DNA of 32,000 bases from Candidatus Heimdallarchaeota archaeon B3_Heim. GTDB taxonomy: Archaea > Asgardarchaeota > Heimdallarchaeia > Hodarchaeales > Hodarchaeaceae. This document shows, piece by piece, positions 1 through 9,239 of this stretch (position 1 is its first letter; every line of letters begins with the position of its first letter). Both the position numbers and the translations under genes were made by a program. The notes beneath the pieces are model-generated. The model did not search any database. It was given only the letters and a program-made list of their open reading frames with translations, and was not told where the DNA came from. The stretch is from the NCBI GenBank assembly GCA_003144275.1, contig NJBF01000009.1:7653-39652 (forward strand), read 5' to 3'.

Positions 1-525
1 GAGGCACTTCTAACAGATTCTGAACTTTCTCTTTTTCTCAAGATTCTGACAATCTCACTTGAGCGATATATAAAAATGATCGAACGACGAGAGAAACAAC
101 GAATAGAGCAAAGAGAACAATATCTGAAATTAATTCTTGAACCTACTAAATACGAAGGTTTAGATGAAGCATTATGGAAAGAAATCGTTTTTATAATCGA
201 ATCACATGGAATAGAATTACTACAAGGAAAAAATTGGTTTACTTTCAGCTTTCCAGATGAATTAAGAGCTTTTATAACAAATAAAGATGTATTGACCAAA
301 TTTGCTGATCTAAGAACGCTTGAAAAAGAACTGGAAGAAATTGATAAAGAATTACAAAAAAAATCATCTTTTAATGAGGCATCTAATCTTATCAATGATC
401 TTGAAAATACAAAAAATTCTCTAGCTGAATCTAAAGGGAAGATTCCAAAGCTTAAATTAGAGATTCAGCAATTAATTGAATCAATCAATGAAGAGAAGCA
501 GAATCTTTTCCAAACACTTAATTAG
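1..525 (+). CDS. C-terminal part of a hypothetical protein ending in a coiled coil (5'-truncated by the window edge)
   Basis: The frame of ORF 76..525 is open back to base 1 (EALLTDSELSLFLKILTISLERYIK-M...). The C-terminus is heptad-rich (LRTLEKELEEIDKELQKK...LEIQQLIESINEE). Confidence 0.75.
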   Translation, partial: EALLTDSELSLFLKILTISLERYIKMIERREKQRIEQREQYLKLILEPTKYEGLDEALWKEIVFIIESHGIELLQGKNWFTFSFPDELRAFITNKDVLTKFADLRTLEKELEEIDKELQKKSSFNEASNLINDLENTKNSLAESKGKIPKLKLEIQQLIESINEEKQNLFQTLN

Positions 526-1298
526 AGAGTCTCCAAAATTTCAATTAACACTTCTGCAGCTGTTGCTTTTCTAACTCTTTGATTGCTCAGGTCCATTATT
601 TTTTGATTAGCTTCTGATAGCGTTTGCCCTTCAATTTCAGAGCGAACTTTTAAACTTTCAACCTTTGTCTCTAAAACCCTAGTTTCTTTTTGAAGGTCAA
701 CTAGCCAACGTCTAACCTTTCTTTCTTCCGTGGCTTTTTTGCGCTGTGTGGTAGCTAATTCAGATGAGTATTCATCTTTTAAGGAATCATAAACTGCTCT
801 CGATACATCCCCAGCTCTATTTTTATCTTCAATTTTTTCTAAACGCGCGAGCCATTTTTTCTCTGCTTCTCGGAGTGTTTCTATTTCCAAAAGTTCCGGT
901 TTAAGGGTATCTTTCTCCTTTTGTAGGGAATTTATTTTTTCTTGAAGCTTCGCCGTTTGAGAAGTTGATTGTGCATCATCAATTAACCCAATTTCAAGCT
1001 TCTTCCCAAGTTCATCAACATCTTTTAAGAGAGATTTCATTTCGTTATTGATTTGCTTCTTTCTTTTTCTAGCGTACAAAGAATCTACAACAGCACTGGG
1101 GATTTTTTCAATTACATCTTCATGTACGGAGCGAATGGGTTCAGGAGAGGGTGTGTGAACTCTTTCCACACTTCTTGCTACTGGAGGAGTAGTTGTTTCA
1201 TCTTGTCCTCTTCGAATAGGACTTCCACAGAAGCGGCAAAATCGGGCCGTTATACTGATTTCTTTACCGCAATTCACACAATAAGTTGTTTGTGACAT
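522..1298 (-). CDS. Zinc-ribbon protein with a long CdvA-like/SHOCT-like coiled coil
   Basis: N-terminal CVNC-x10-CRFC zinc ribbon, then a Pro/Thr linker, then a coiled coil with L..L......G.(I/V)....Y..L..EY-type motifs (LEKIEDKNRAGDVSRAVYDSLKDEY). Confidence 0.7.
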   Translation of the reverse strand: MSQTTYCVNCGKEISITARFCRFCGSPIRRGQDETTTPPVARSVERVHTPSPEPIRSVHEDVIEKIPSAVVDSLYARKRKKQINNEMKSLLKDVDELGKKLEIGLIDDAQSTSQTAKLQEKINSLQKEKDTLKPELLEIETLREAEKKWLARLEKIEDKNRAGDVSRAVYDSLKDEYSSELATTQRKKATEERKVRRWLVDLQKETRVLETKVESLKVRSEIEGQTLSEANQKIMDLSNQRVRKATAAEVLIEILETL

Positions 1299-1496
1299 TT
1301 TATGATCCTTCTAATAGTTTAATTAGTACTTCCTGATCGAGGTTTTTAAAACCTCTATATCGGTGTTTAAAATTGAGTGCGTTCAATTTCTTTTAGAGAA
1401 AAAGGAAGTATTTTCATCTATTAATGAAATTAAGCGATCTAACAAATTAAATGGCAGTATAAAAGAAGCACTGTTAGTGAATAAAGAACAGTAGAG

Positions 1497-1571
1497 TGGA
1501 CCGGACGGGATTTGAACCCGTGACCTCCTGATTGCCAACCAGGCGCAACTACCAGGCTGTGCCACCGGCCC
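1497..1571 (-). tRNA. tRNA-Ala(GGC), no encoded CCA, no intron
   Basis: Reverse complement is GGGCCGGTGGCACAGCCTGGTAGTTGCGCCTGGTTGGCAATCAGGAGGTCACGGGTTCAAATCCCGTCCGGTCCA. Acceptor stem GGGCCGG/CCGGTCC has the G3:U70 Ala determinant, the anticodon loop is TT-GGC-AA and the T-loop is GGTTCAAATCC. Confidence 0.97.
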
Positions 1572-1811
1572 ATGATGATTTCACGGCATCATACGTTGAC
1601 ACTCCTACGAATTTTATCTCTTTTCACGAATAGTTTCGAATAATTCCCCATATGGATTTTACCTTGTGTAACGACACCTTTCCTGCAAAATGCATTTTTA
1701 TTTGGTTGCATATTTAGCTTTGGATGATATGTTCAAACTAGTGAAAAGATGTGTTATGCAAACAATTTTGGGGAAAAACAAATTAAAAAAGTAAGAATAC
1801 AACTGAACTGA

Positions 1812-1826
1812 AGACATCTGATGTCT
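1812..1826. promoter_or_regulatory. Perfect 7-1-7 palindrome, candidate transcription-factor operator upstream of the oxidoreductase operon
   Basis: AGACATC-T-GATGTCT, about 45 nt upstream of a TATA-like TTATAAA at 1870-1876. Confidence 0.4.
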
Positions 1827-1861
1827 ATCGCTATCTTTTAAAAAACTTTCAGATTTATTGT

Positions 1862-1876
1862 CATAAAAATTATAAA
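1862..1876 (+). promoter_or_regulatory. Putative BRE/TATA promoter of the por operon
   Basis: cataaaaaTTATAAA lies about 26-30 nt upstream of the ATG at 1902. Confidence 0.4.
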
Positions 1877-1901
1877 CAACTTCTTTACGAGGAATTCTGA
1901 A

Positions 1902-2468
1902 ATGATGACGGAAATTCGGATTGTATCACGAGGAGGTCAGGGTGGCGTTACTGGTGCTAAAATGTTAGCCTATGCAGGCCATCTTGATGGGAAATTTGTG
2001 CAAGCTATACCGAAATATGGGGCTGAGAGAAAGGGAGCGCCAATATTTGCCGATGTGAGAATTTCTGATGAACATGTAAAAACTCATGCCCCTGTTATAA
2101 CAGAGAATACTCATAGTTGGATTGTATTAGAACCTTCGTTAGTTCAAACCATACCTCTGAAAAAGCTTTCCCCTGGTACCTTGATTATAGTCAATTCTCA
2201 AGCGTTTCCTGAATCCCTAAAAAGCGATGAAAAATTAAAGATAGGAAAAGTTGATGCCGTTAAAATAGCGCGTGAATGTGGTTTGATAAAATCCGGTACT
2301 GAAATGGTTAGCACAACAATGTTGGGAGCTTGGGTGAAAGCTACTAGTTTAGTTAGCTTAGATTCCTTAAAAGAAGCAGTAAAACATCAGTTTGGGGAAG
2401 GAGCATTGACCGATGCAAACATTCGATCAATTGAACTTGCTTTTTCACAATTTGAATTTAAAGAATGA
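1902..2468 (+). CDS. porG: 2-oxoacid (pyruvate/ketoisovalerate):ferredoxin oxidoreductase gamma subunit
   Basis: Motifs EIRIVSRGGQGGVT, P.YGAERKGAP and N-terminal/C-terminal similarity to POR gamma; first gene of a gamma-delta-alpha-beta operon. Confidence 0.93.
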   Translation: MMTEIRIVSRGGQGGVTGAKMLAYAGHLDGKFVQAIPKYGAERKGAPIFADVRISDEHVKTHAPVITENTHSWIVLEPSLVQTIPLKKLSPGTLIIVNSQAFPESLKSDEKLKIGKVDAVKIARECGLIKSGTEMVSTTMLGAWVKATSLVSLDSLKEAVKHQFGEGALTDANIRSIELAFSQFEFKE

Positions 2469-2480
2469 AGGGTGTTTATT

Positions 2481-2768
2481 ATGAATGAAGATATAGAACT
2501 TAAAGATCCAGTTCTACCCCTTGGAAGACCTACACTTGGTTCTGCAGGCGAAACAGGGGATTGGAGAACATATAGACCGAAATTTATTGAGGAAAACTGT
2601 ATTAAGTGTTATAAATGCTGGTTATCATGCCCAGAGGGCACTATCCGTGTTGATGCGCATGGAGAATACCCATATATAGATTATGTCTATTGCAAGGGCT
2701 GTGGTGTTTGTGTTCATGTTTGTCCAGGAAGGAAAAAGCAGAAAGCCTTGGAAATGATTCCCGAATAG
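2481..2768 (+). CDS. porD: 2-oxoacid:ferredoxin oxidoreductase delta subunit (2x[4Fe-4S])
   Basis: TGDWRTYRP plus CIKCYKCWLSCP and CKGCGVCVHVCP. The ATG at 2481 follows a GGGTG SD-like motif and is preferred to the GTG at 2472. Confidence 0.93.
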   Translation: MNEDIELKDPVLPLGRPTLGSAGETGDWRTYRPKFIEENCIKCYKCWLSCPEGTIRVDAHGEYPYIDYVYCKGCGVCVHVCPGRKKQKALEMIPE

Positions 2769-2779
2769 AAGTGAAAGAG

Positions 2780-3928
2780 ATGGTACAATCACTAGAAAAC
2801 CCCCAAACAAAGCTAATGACGGGTGCTGAAGCTGTAGCGACAGCTGCAAAACTTTCGCGACCCCAAGTCATAGCAGCATATCCTATTACTCCACAGACAA
2901 AAATTGTAGAGACATTATCAGGAATGGTTGCCCGTGGAGAGATGGATACAGAATATATCAACGTGGAAAGTGAACACAGTGCTATGGGTGCCGTAATTGG
3001 TGCATCGCTGGCTGGGACACGGACTTTTACAGCCACTAGTTCACATGGTCTTCTGTATATGGGAGAATTAGTCTGGTGGGCCGGAATGACAAGAATACCT
3101 GTTGTCATGCCTGTAGTCAATCGTTCTCTAAATCCTTGGAACATATGGCCAGATCATCAAGATGCAATGACCTTTCGAGATGCAGGGTGGATACAATTCT
3201 ACGCAAAAAATAATCAAGAGGTTTTAGATCTCACGATTTGTGCATTTAAAATTGCAGAGCATCATAAAATCTGGATGCCTGTTATGGTATGTTTAGATGG
3301 CTTTATCTTAAGTCATACTTCAGCACAAGTAGAAGTCCCATCCCAAAAAAAGGTTGATAATTTTCTTCCTCCTTTTGAACCGTTAGCTATGTTAGATCCC
3401 GATAACCCTTTCGCTCATGGTTCATTAACTGATTCAGAAGGAATCTGGGAACAACGAATGTCCCTAATTGATGGCTTTAACAATGCACATGTTCTCATAC
3501 CTCAGATTTTCACTGAGTACACTGAGAAGATAGGAAGACTTGGAAATTATCTGATAGAAGTAACAGGTGACATTGAACATGCAGAATGTGCGGTCATAGC
3601 ATTAGGTACTTTGGGAGAAGAAGCAGAGCAAACTGTAGAATATTTATTGGAAAAAAATATCAAAGCTGTAGTTTTAAGGCCTAGAGTGTTTCGACCATTC
3701 CCTAAAAAGGAATTAATAGTGCTCATAAACAAAGTTCCTCGATTACTAGTTATAGACCGTGCAGTTTCATTTGGAAACGCTGGACAATTAGCTATTGAAA
3801 TCCAAGCAGAATTATTCGCTCATAAAGTCGAGGTAAAATTTCACCAAAAGATAATGGGTTTAGGAGGGATGGATGTCAACTACGTGGATATCGCAACGGA
3901 GATTGAAAGAGTACTTAAGGAGGATTAA
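2780..3928 (+). CDS. porA: 2-oxoacid:ferredoxin oxidoreductase alpha subunit
   Basis: GAEAVA, AYPITPQT, ESEHSA, TATSSHGLLYM and DGFILSHT motifs. The ATG at 2780 is the likely start; the ORF-track start at 2690 overlaps the delta gene. Confidence 0.94.
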   Translation: MVQSLENPQTKLMTGAEAVATAAKLSRPQVIAAYPITPQTKIVETLSGMVARGEMDTEYINVESEHSAMGAVIGASLAGTRTFTATSSHGLLYMGELVWWAGMTRIPVVMPVVNRSLNPWNIWPDHQDAMTFRDAGWIQFYAKNNQEVLDLTICAFKIAEHHKIWMPVMVCLDGFILSHTSAQVEVPSQKKVDNFLPPFEPLAMLDPDNPFAHGSLTDSEGIWEQRMSLIDGFNNAHVLIPQIFTEYTEKIGRLGNYLIEVTGDIEHAECAVIALGTLGEEAEQTVEYLLEKNIKAVVLRPRVFRPFPKKELIVLINKVPRLLVIDRAVSFGNAGQLAIEIQAELFAHKVEVKFHQKIMGLGGMDVNYVDIATEIERVLKED

Positions 3929-3931
3929 TTT

Positions 3932-4819
3932 ATGAAAGCAAAAATCACAGAAATGATGGAACGACCTAATGTCTTATTAAGAGGGAATTTTGCGTGTGCT
4001 GGATGTGGACTTTCCATCGCTTATCGAACTTCAATATCAGCATTGGATCGTCCCATTGTAGTTATTCCTGCGTGTTGTTCTTCTGTAATCCAAAGCCTTC
4101 ATCCCAATGTTGCTTTTAATGTACCTACGCTAAATATTGCCTTTGCAGCGCATGCCTCTGCAGCTTCAGGAATTGCTCGGGCTAAAAAAATGAGAGGTGA
4201 GGAGGTAACAACGGTTGTTTGGTCAGGGGATGGCGGTACATATGATATTGGACTGGCGACATGGTCAGGGGCTGCAGAAAGGAATGAAAACATCATTCAT
4301 TTTTGCTATGATAATAATTTTTATTCGAATACAGGAGCTCAACGGAGTGGAGCAACCCCTCGTGGAGCGGTGACTACTACTACTCCTGAAGGCAAAAAGG
4401 AAAAACGAAAAAGTATCACGCGCATCATGGCAGCACATGATATTCCATATATAGCTACTGCCTCAATTGGTTATCCAAGAGACTTGTATGCCAAAGTAAA
4501 AAAGGCATCAACAATTGAGGGATATAGGTTTATTTTAATCGATGCCCCTTGTCCAACAGGATGGCTCTCCGATCCTGCAATCACCCCAGAATTAGGGGAA
4601 TTAGCAGTAAAGACGGGGTATTTCCCACTTTATGAGATCGAGAATGGAAATCTTATTTTCAGTAGAAAAGGAGAAAAATATCGAGATCCAGAAAATCGAG
4701 TACCTCTAGAGGAATATTTGAGTAAACAAAATCGTTTTAAGAAAATGACTCCCTCTCAGATTGTAGAAGTGAAGAAAGATATTCAACATGAATGGGATCA
4801 GCTGGTACGGTTAGAGTAG
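3932..4819 (+). CDS. porB: 2-oxoacid:ferredoxin oxidoreductase beta subunit (TPP-binding)
   Basis: ACAGCG, the GDGG...YDNN TPP motif, NTGAQRS and PCPTGW. Substrate (pyruvate vs branched-chain) cannot be fixed from motifs. Confidence 0.94.
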   Translation: MKAKITEMMERPNVLLRGNFACAGCGLSIAYRTSISALDRPIVVIPACCSSVIQSLHPNVAFNVPTLNIAFAAHASAASGIARAKKMRGEEVTTVVWSGDGGTYDIGLATWSGAAERNENIIHFCYDNNFYSNTGAQRSGATPRGAVTTTTPEGKKEKRKSITRIMAAHDIPYIATASIGYPRDLYAKVKKASTIEGYRFILIDAPCPTGWLSDPAITPELGELAVKTGYFPLYEIENGNLIFSRKGEKYRDPENRVPLEEYLSKQNRFKKMTPSQIVEVKKDIQHEWDQLVRLE

Positions 4820-4827
4820 GCGAGGAA

Positions 4828-4870
4828 TCTTCTTTCCATCTTTTTTCAATACTTTTTCCTTCTTTTGAGT
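4828..4870 (+). terminator. Oligo-T tract, putative archaeal terminator of the por operon
   Basis: tcttctttccatcttttttcaatactttttccttcttttg starts about 10 nt after the stop codon. Confidence 0.4.
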
Positions 4871-5080
4871 AGAATTGTTAAAGCATTTCCAATATTAACT
4901 GTCTTCTTTGTCCCACTTTTTAACAAGAAAGTCTAACAAATCAAGAACAGGAACGAGTTACAAGTATGACATTAGAGCAGACAAAGTTGCTTACTGACGA
5001 TTTACAGTATGAATGGGGATATATTATCAAAATTAGAATAATTTAATTCATTGATATCTTTCAATTTCAGCTTTTTTGCA

Positions 5081-6691
5081 TTATAAGGGTTTTCCCATAT
5101 AAGGGCCAATTTGTTTAAACCCCAACTTACGATAATAGTCACGTACACCAAGACCTGATGTTACTAGGATTTTTCGATAGTCCCGATCACGTGCGATTTC
5201 TTCTGCCTTTGTAATTAGCTTTGCCCCAAGTCCCCGATGTTGCCACTCTAGATTTTTTGGTTCTTGACCAATTCCTACTAATTGACCATAAACATGAAGC
5301 TCTCGGATAATCACTGCAGATTGATCTTTAATTTCAGGGCGATAAGATGCACTTGATGGTTCCCTGACTCGTAAAAATCCAAATAAAGTCTTTTTATCTT
5401 CAGTATCAAAGGATATAAAATGTTCTATACCACCAGACGCTGGATATTCAAAAGTGTGTAACTTTCTTTCCTTTTCTGACCATGACTGATCCTTCCGAAG
5501 AATCTGATGTCCGATTTCTCTACATCGGATACAGGAACATACCCCTCCCTTGTTTCTAAGATGTTTATCTGCTAGTTCTCGGAGATTCCCATAACGCACT
5601 CCATCCGTGATTAAATAAGCAGGGATATCCCTTTGTACTCGTTGAATACGAACAAATTCGGGTGTGATTTCTTTAATTTTGGATATTACTTCAACCACTT
5701 TGTCTGAATCGTATGGTACGTATTCTTTTTTCTGCCATAAATTGAATAATTGAGTATTTTGAAGTACTAATGTGGGATAGATTTTTACAGCATCTGGAAC
5801 ATAGCGAGGATCTGTGTACATAGTTTTAAACATCTGTACGTCTTCTTCAGGAGTCTGGAATAGGTTAGGCATTAGATGTAAAGTGACTTTTAGACCTCCG
5901 TCCCGAGCAAAGCGAATTGCTCTTTCTACATCTTGAATTGTATGATGACGTTGCACGTGTTTTAAGACATCATCCGATAAGGTTTGTACTCCGATCTCGA
6001 CCCACGTTCCCCCTAATTCTAGAATTCTATTTACATGAGTTTTTTTACAATAATCAGGGCGGGTTTCGAAGGTTATCCCGACATTACGTCTGAGACTTCG
6101 GTCAGAATAATCCTTGGCCATCTGTAATGATGAAGATGATTCGCCAGTTATTCCATCAAGAGATTCTCTTATATAATTCTCTTGATATTCTTCTGGGTTA
6201 GCTAAGAAGGTACCTCCCATAATTACTAAGTGAACTTTATCAAGTGGATGTCCAATTGCTCTAAGCTGATTTAATCTAGCTGTAACTTGCTTTTTTGGAT
6301 CGAAATCATTCTCAATACCGCGCATTGCCGCTGGTTCTCTTCCCGTGTAAGATTTAGGGGCTCCTGGAACATCAGGACAATAGATACATTTACCCGGGCA
6401 AGGTGACGGTTTTGTCATTAGAGCTACAACAGCAATACCACTTATAGTTCTAACTTTACGTACACGCAAAAAAATTCGTAAAGATTCTTTATCGGAATTC
6501 GTCAAAATATCAGTCGATTCAACAAATTCTATAATTTCTGAATTTCGAACGAATCTATCTAAATTGTATTCTTTTGCTATTTTCCTCTTTAAACTTTCTA
6601 GCTTGGAATGCTTTAGCCCAGGATCATTCACGAGAGCGACTACAATAGCTTCAAGAGCTTGATACAATTTATCGGTTAAATTTTGAGCCAT
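5081..6691 (-). CDS. elp3: Elp3 tRNA U34 carboxymethyltransferase (radical SAM + KAT domain)
   Basis: RTISGIAVVALM, CPGKCIYCP, PKSYTGREPA, GGTF, ETRPD, R.QRDIP, RELHVYG and QHRGLG. Confidence 0.96.
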   Translation of the reverse strand: MAQNLTDKLYQALEAIVVALVNDPGLKHSKLESLKRKIAKEYNLDRFVRNSEIIEFVESTDILTNSDKESLRIFLRVRKVRTISGIAVVALMTKPSPCPGKCIYCPDVPGAPKSYTGREPAAMRGIENDFDPKKQVTARLNQLRAIGHPLDKVHLVIMGGTFLANPEEYQENYIRESLDGITGESSSSLQMAKDYSDRSLRRNVGITFETRPDYCKKTHVNRILELGGTWVEIGVQTLSDDVLKHVQRHHTIQDVERAIRFARDGGLKVTLHLMPNLFQTPEEDVQMFKTMYTDPRYVPDAVKIYPTLVLQNTQLFNLWQKKEYVPYDSDKVVEVISKIKEITPEFVRIQRVQRDIPAYLITDGVRYGNLRELADKHLRNKGGVCSCIRCREIGHQILRKDQSWSEKERKLHTFEYPASGGIEHFISFDTEDKKTLFGFLRVREPSSASYRPEIKDQSAVIIRELHVYGQLVGIGQEPKNLEWQHRGLGAKLITKAEEIARDRDYRKILVTSGLGVRDYYRKLGFKQIGPYMGKPL

Positions 6692-6712
6692 TTGATAGAT
6701 TCCCGATCAACC

Positions 6713-7750
6713 TTAGCGTGAAAACACTGCAAGTGAGAGTAGTATCGCTATAATTAAAAGAAGAGTGTGCACCAGTAATAATAGTTGTACATTCCTTTTT
6801 TCAGTAAGTTTAAAATAGTAAGGAAGGATCCAATATGCCGTGTAAGGACAAGGTGCCACAATATTATTATCTTCATCTATTGTAGCAATCTTTTTTGTTT
6901 GTTGAGTTTTTAGGTATAAGATGAATAATGCAAAATTGATGAAATGGAGACCGAATGCACCAATTGCTAGTCGATCCATATTTCCGATGATCAGCGCTAC
7001 TATTACCCCTGTTCCTAATGTTAAGGTACCTGTATCTCCTATTAAGATTTTTGCTGGATACCAATTGAACCAAAGTAACACAATAAATCCTCCTAATAAT
7101 GCCGAGGTGAACATTGCAACTACTGGATCATCAACAAGAAAAGAAATAACTAAAATGGCAACCAAGGATATAACCCCATTTCCGACCTCGAGTCCATTAA
7201 AACCTGCCAGCATATTGAAGGAGTTAAAGGCGAAATTAATGGCCAGTGGAATAATAACTAAGCTGTATAAGTTCAAACCACCAAGTGTCAAATCAATGTT
7301 TCCTAATATACCCAAATTAATACTACTATTTCCTACTTTCAACGCCATTAAAGGTAAGGCCGGTAAGAATCCTAATAGAATTTTATCTCTCCATTTTATT
7401 TTGAATACATCATCAAGAAAACCAATTAAACCAGCGATTACTACACTCATCAACCCAGCAAGTAGAGGCACAAATGACTGCTCCTCCGTTGCTTCAGTAA
7501 AAGGGTAAACCTGTAGCTCAGTCATATACGCCCACCCGAAGATAAGAAGTAAAATTGTGATAATGAATGCTATCAGAGGCGCTAAACCGCCAGCTTCTGT
7601 AATTATGGGAGTATCTTTTTTGTGTGCATCAACAGTTGTTATACCTCGTTTGAGAGAAACATCTTTTACCCAAGGTACAAGAAATCTCGTTATTACTGCT
7701 GAAATTAGGAATGCAAATACTGTAGTAGGAATAATTACGGCGGATAGCAT
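6713..7750 (-). CDS. aglH: UDP-GlcNAc:dolichyl-phosphate GlcNAc-1-phosphotransferase (GPT/AglH, glycosyltransferase family 4)
   Basis: Multi-pass membrane protein with DAHK, EAGG, GFLDD, NSFNMLAGFNGLEVG and FNWYPAKILIGDTG; the AGxNG and NWYP signatures are of the GPT type. Confidence 0.85.
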   Translation of the reverse strand: MLSAVIIPTTVFAFLISAVITRFLVPWVKDVSLKRGITTVDAHKKDTPIITEAGGLAPLIAFIITILLLIFGWAYMTELQVYPFTEATEEQSFVPLLAGLMSVVIAGLIGFLDDVFKIKWRDKILLGFLPALPLMALKVGNSSINLGILGNIDLTLGGLNLYSLVIIPLAINFAFNSFNMLAGFNGLEVGNGVISLVAILVISFLVDDPVVAMFTSALLGGFIVLLWFNWYPAKILIGDTGTLTLGTGVIVALIIGNMDRLAIGAFGLHFINFALFILYLKTQQTKKIATIDEDNNIVAPCPYTAYWILPYYFKLTEKRNVQLLLLVHTLLLIIAILLSLAVFSR

Positions 7751-7883
7751 AATCTAACACTTTTTAATGCTCTAATATGTCCATTCTTCCAGAGAGAAGA
7801 ATTGATTAAAAGATTTTAACTAGCTGTTTTGTACGAATCTATTTCATCAATATGTTTGAAATCGAACAAAAGAGGCTCTAACC

Positions 7884-8900
7884 GTGAAATGTATTATACC
7901 TGCAGCAGGTAAAGGGATTCGACTCCGACCACATACTCTAAATAAACCAAAAGCATTATTACCGTTAGGTAACAAACCTATAATTGCCCATATTGTAGAT
8001 AAGATACTGGAAGCCAATATTTCGGATATCATAATCATAGTAGGTTTTGAGAAAGAAAAATTGAAAAATTTTCTTCTTACAAATTATTCAGACAAGTGTA
8101 ATTTAACCTTTATTGAACAAAGAGAAAGAAGGGGACTTGGACATGCAATTTACTTAGCATCAAAATATTTAGACGGAGAACCGACAATAATCACTTTGGG
8201 TGATTCTCTCTATGAGAACTCATATATTTCTATGTTGCAGGAGTATGATAAATGTAATACTTGGGATGGGTTATTAACAGTTAGAGAGGTTTCTAACCCC
8301 CACTCATATGGTGTTGTAGTTACTGACCCGCATTCATCCATTATAAAATCTATGATCGAAAAACCTCAAGATCCTATCTCTAATAAAGCAATTACAGGAG
8401 TATATATTATCCGAAATACAAAAGCTCTTGAGGATAATTTGAAAGATATCGTTGAAACTAATTTTACTGGAGCCGGAGGAGAAATACAATTGACTGATGC
8501 GTTACAAAAGATGATAGAAAAGGGATTCACCTTAGGAGTGATTGATTCTGGGGAATGGTTCGATTGTGGGAATAAAGAATCATTATTAGAAGGAAATCGA
8601 TTTGTCCTGTCCTCTCTACAAATATCTGAAATAAAAAGTGAAATTATCAACAGCAGTATTATTCATCCTGTAGTCATTGAAGCTGGTTGTTCCATCAGCA
8701 ATTCGATAATTGGACCAAATGTAAGTATTGCCCAAGAGACTACAGTTACAAGGGGAATAATATCCTCTTCCATAATTGGCTCGGGGTCAATAATAAAAAA
8801 TGTGAATATTAAAAATTCTATTATCGGGAATGAGGTATCAGTAGAAGGAGAATTACACGATTTAAATATCGGAGATAACAAAGAGATTCAGATTTCATAA
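7884..8900 (+). CDS. Sugar-1-phosphate nucleotidyltransferase (glucose-1-P thymidylyltransferase long-form type) with C-terminal left-handed beta-helix
   Basis: IPAAGKGIRLRP.T...PK.L, Q....GLGHA, EKP, GEIQLTDA and WFDCG; hexapeptide repeats at the C-terminus. GTG start. Confidence 0.9.
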   Translation: MKCIIPAAGKGIRLRPHTLNKPKALLPLGNKPIIAHIVDKILEANISDIIIIVGFEKEKLKNFLLTNYSDKCNLTFIEQRERRGLGHAIYLASKYLDGEPTIITLGDSLYENSYISMLQEYDKCNTWDGLLTVREVSNPHSYGVVVTDPHSSIIKSMIEKPQDPISNKAITGVYIIRNTKALEDNLKDIVETNFTGAGGEIQLTDALQKMIEKGFTLGVIDSGEWFDCGNKESLLEGNRFVLSSLQISEIKSEIINSSIIHPVVIEAGCSISNSIIGPNVSIAQETTVTRGIISSSIIGSGSIIKNVNIKNSIIGNEVSVEGELHDLNIGDNKEIQIS

Positions 8901-8913
8901 GGAATTCACAGCC

Positions 8914-9213
8914 ATGACAAATAAAACGATAAAAGATTTCCAACAGATGATGAAAGAGCTCTATCTTGATCGTGACCAACAACGGGGGGTAGAAAAAAGT
9001 CTATTATGGCTACAAACAGAACAAGGTGAGCTAATAGACGCATATCTCAAAGAAGACACCTCGACAATGATTGAAGAAGTTGCCGACATATTTGCTTGGC
9101 TTTGTTCAGTATGCAATCTATTTAAAATTGATCTCGAAACTGCTGCGTGGCGTAAATATCCCGATAAATGTCCTAAGTGTATGAAATCTCCCTGTAATTG
9201 TTTAGCAAAATAA
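8914..9213 (+). CDS. MazG-like nucleotide pyrophosphohydrolase with C-terminal Cys cluster
   Basis: TEQGEL...EEVADIFAWL acidic motif and a CPKC...PCNC tail. Confidence 0.85.
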   Translation: MTNKTIKDFQQMMKELYLDRDQQRGVEKSLLWLQTEQGELIDAYLKEDTSTMIEEVADIFAWLCSVCNLFKIDLETAAWRKYPDKCPKCMKSPCNCLAK

Positions 9214-9239
9214 AAAATTTATTTTAGCGTTTTTCGTGT

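Noticed and set aside
1383-1565. 60-aa minus-strand ORF
   Set aside because: It is a translation of tRNA-Ala and its trailer.
1731-1738. GTTCAAAC as a possible SurR site upstream of por
   Set aside because: The spacing is GTT-n2-AAC, not the GTT-n3-AAC consensus.
2625-3144. Antisense ORFs (2625-2849, 2641-3144) and the extended 2690 start of the alpha subunit
   Set aside because: They are shadows of the por genes. The 2690 start overlaps the delta subunit and adds a non-homologous Cys-rich leader.
4929-4962. gtctaacaaatcaag and acgagttac, resembling pieces of the TnpB-family right end and hairpin
   Set aside because: The matches are short, in the wrong order, and lack the TTGT/ACAA palindrome and CATG; compatible with chance.
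6921-7508. 195-aa plus-strand ORF
   Set aside because: It is antisense to the hydrophobic GPT/AglH gene, a typical stop-poor shadow frame with no motifs.
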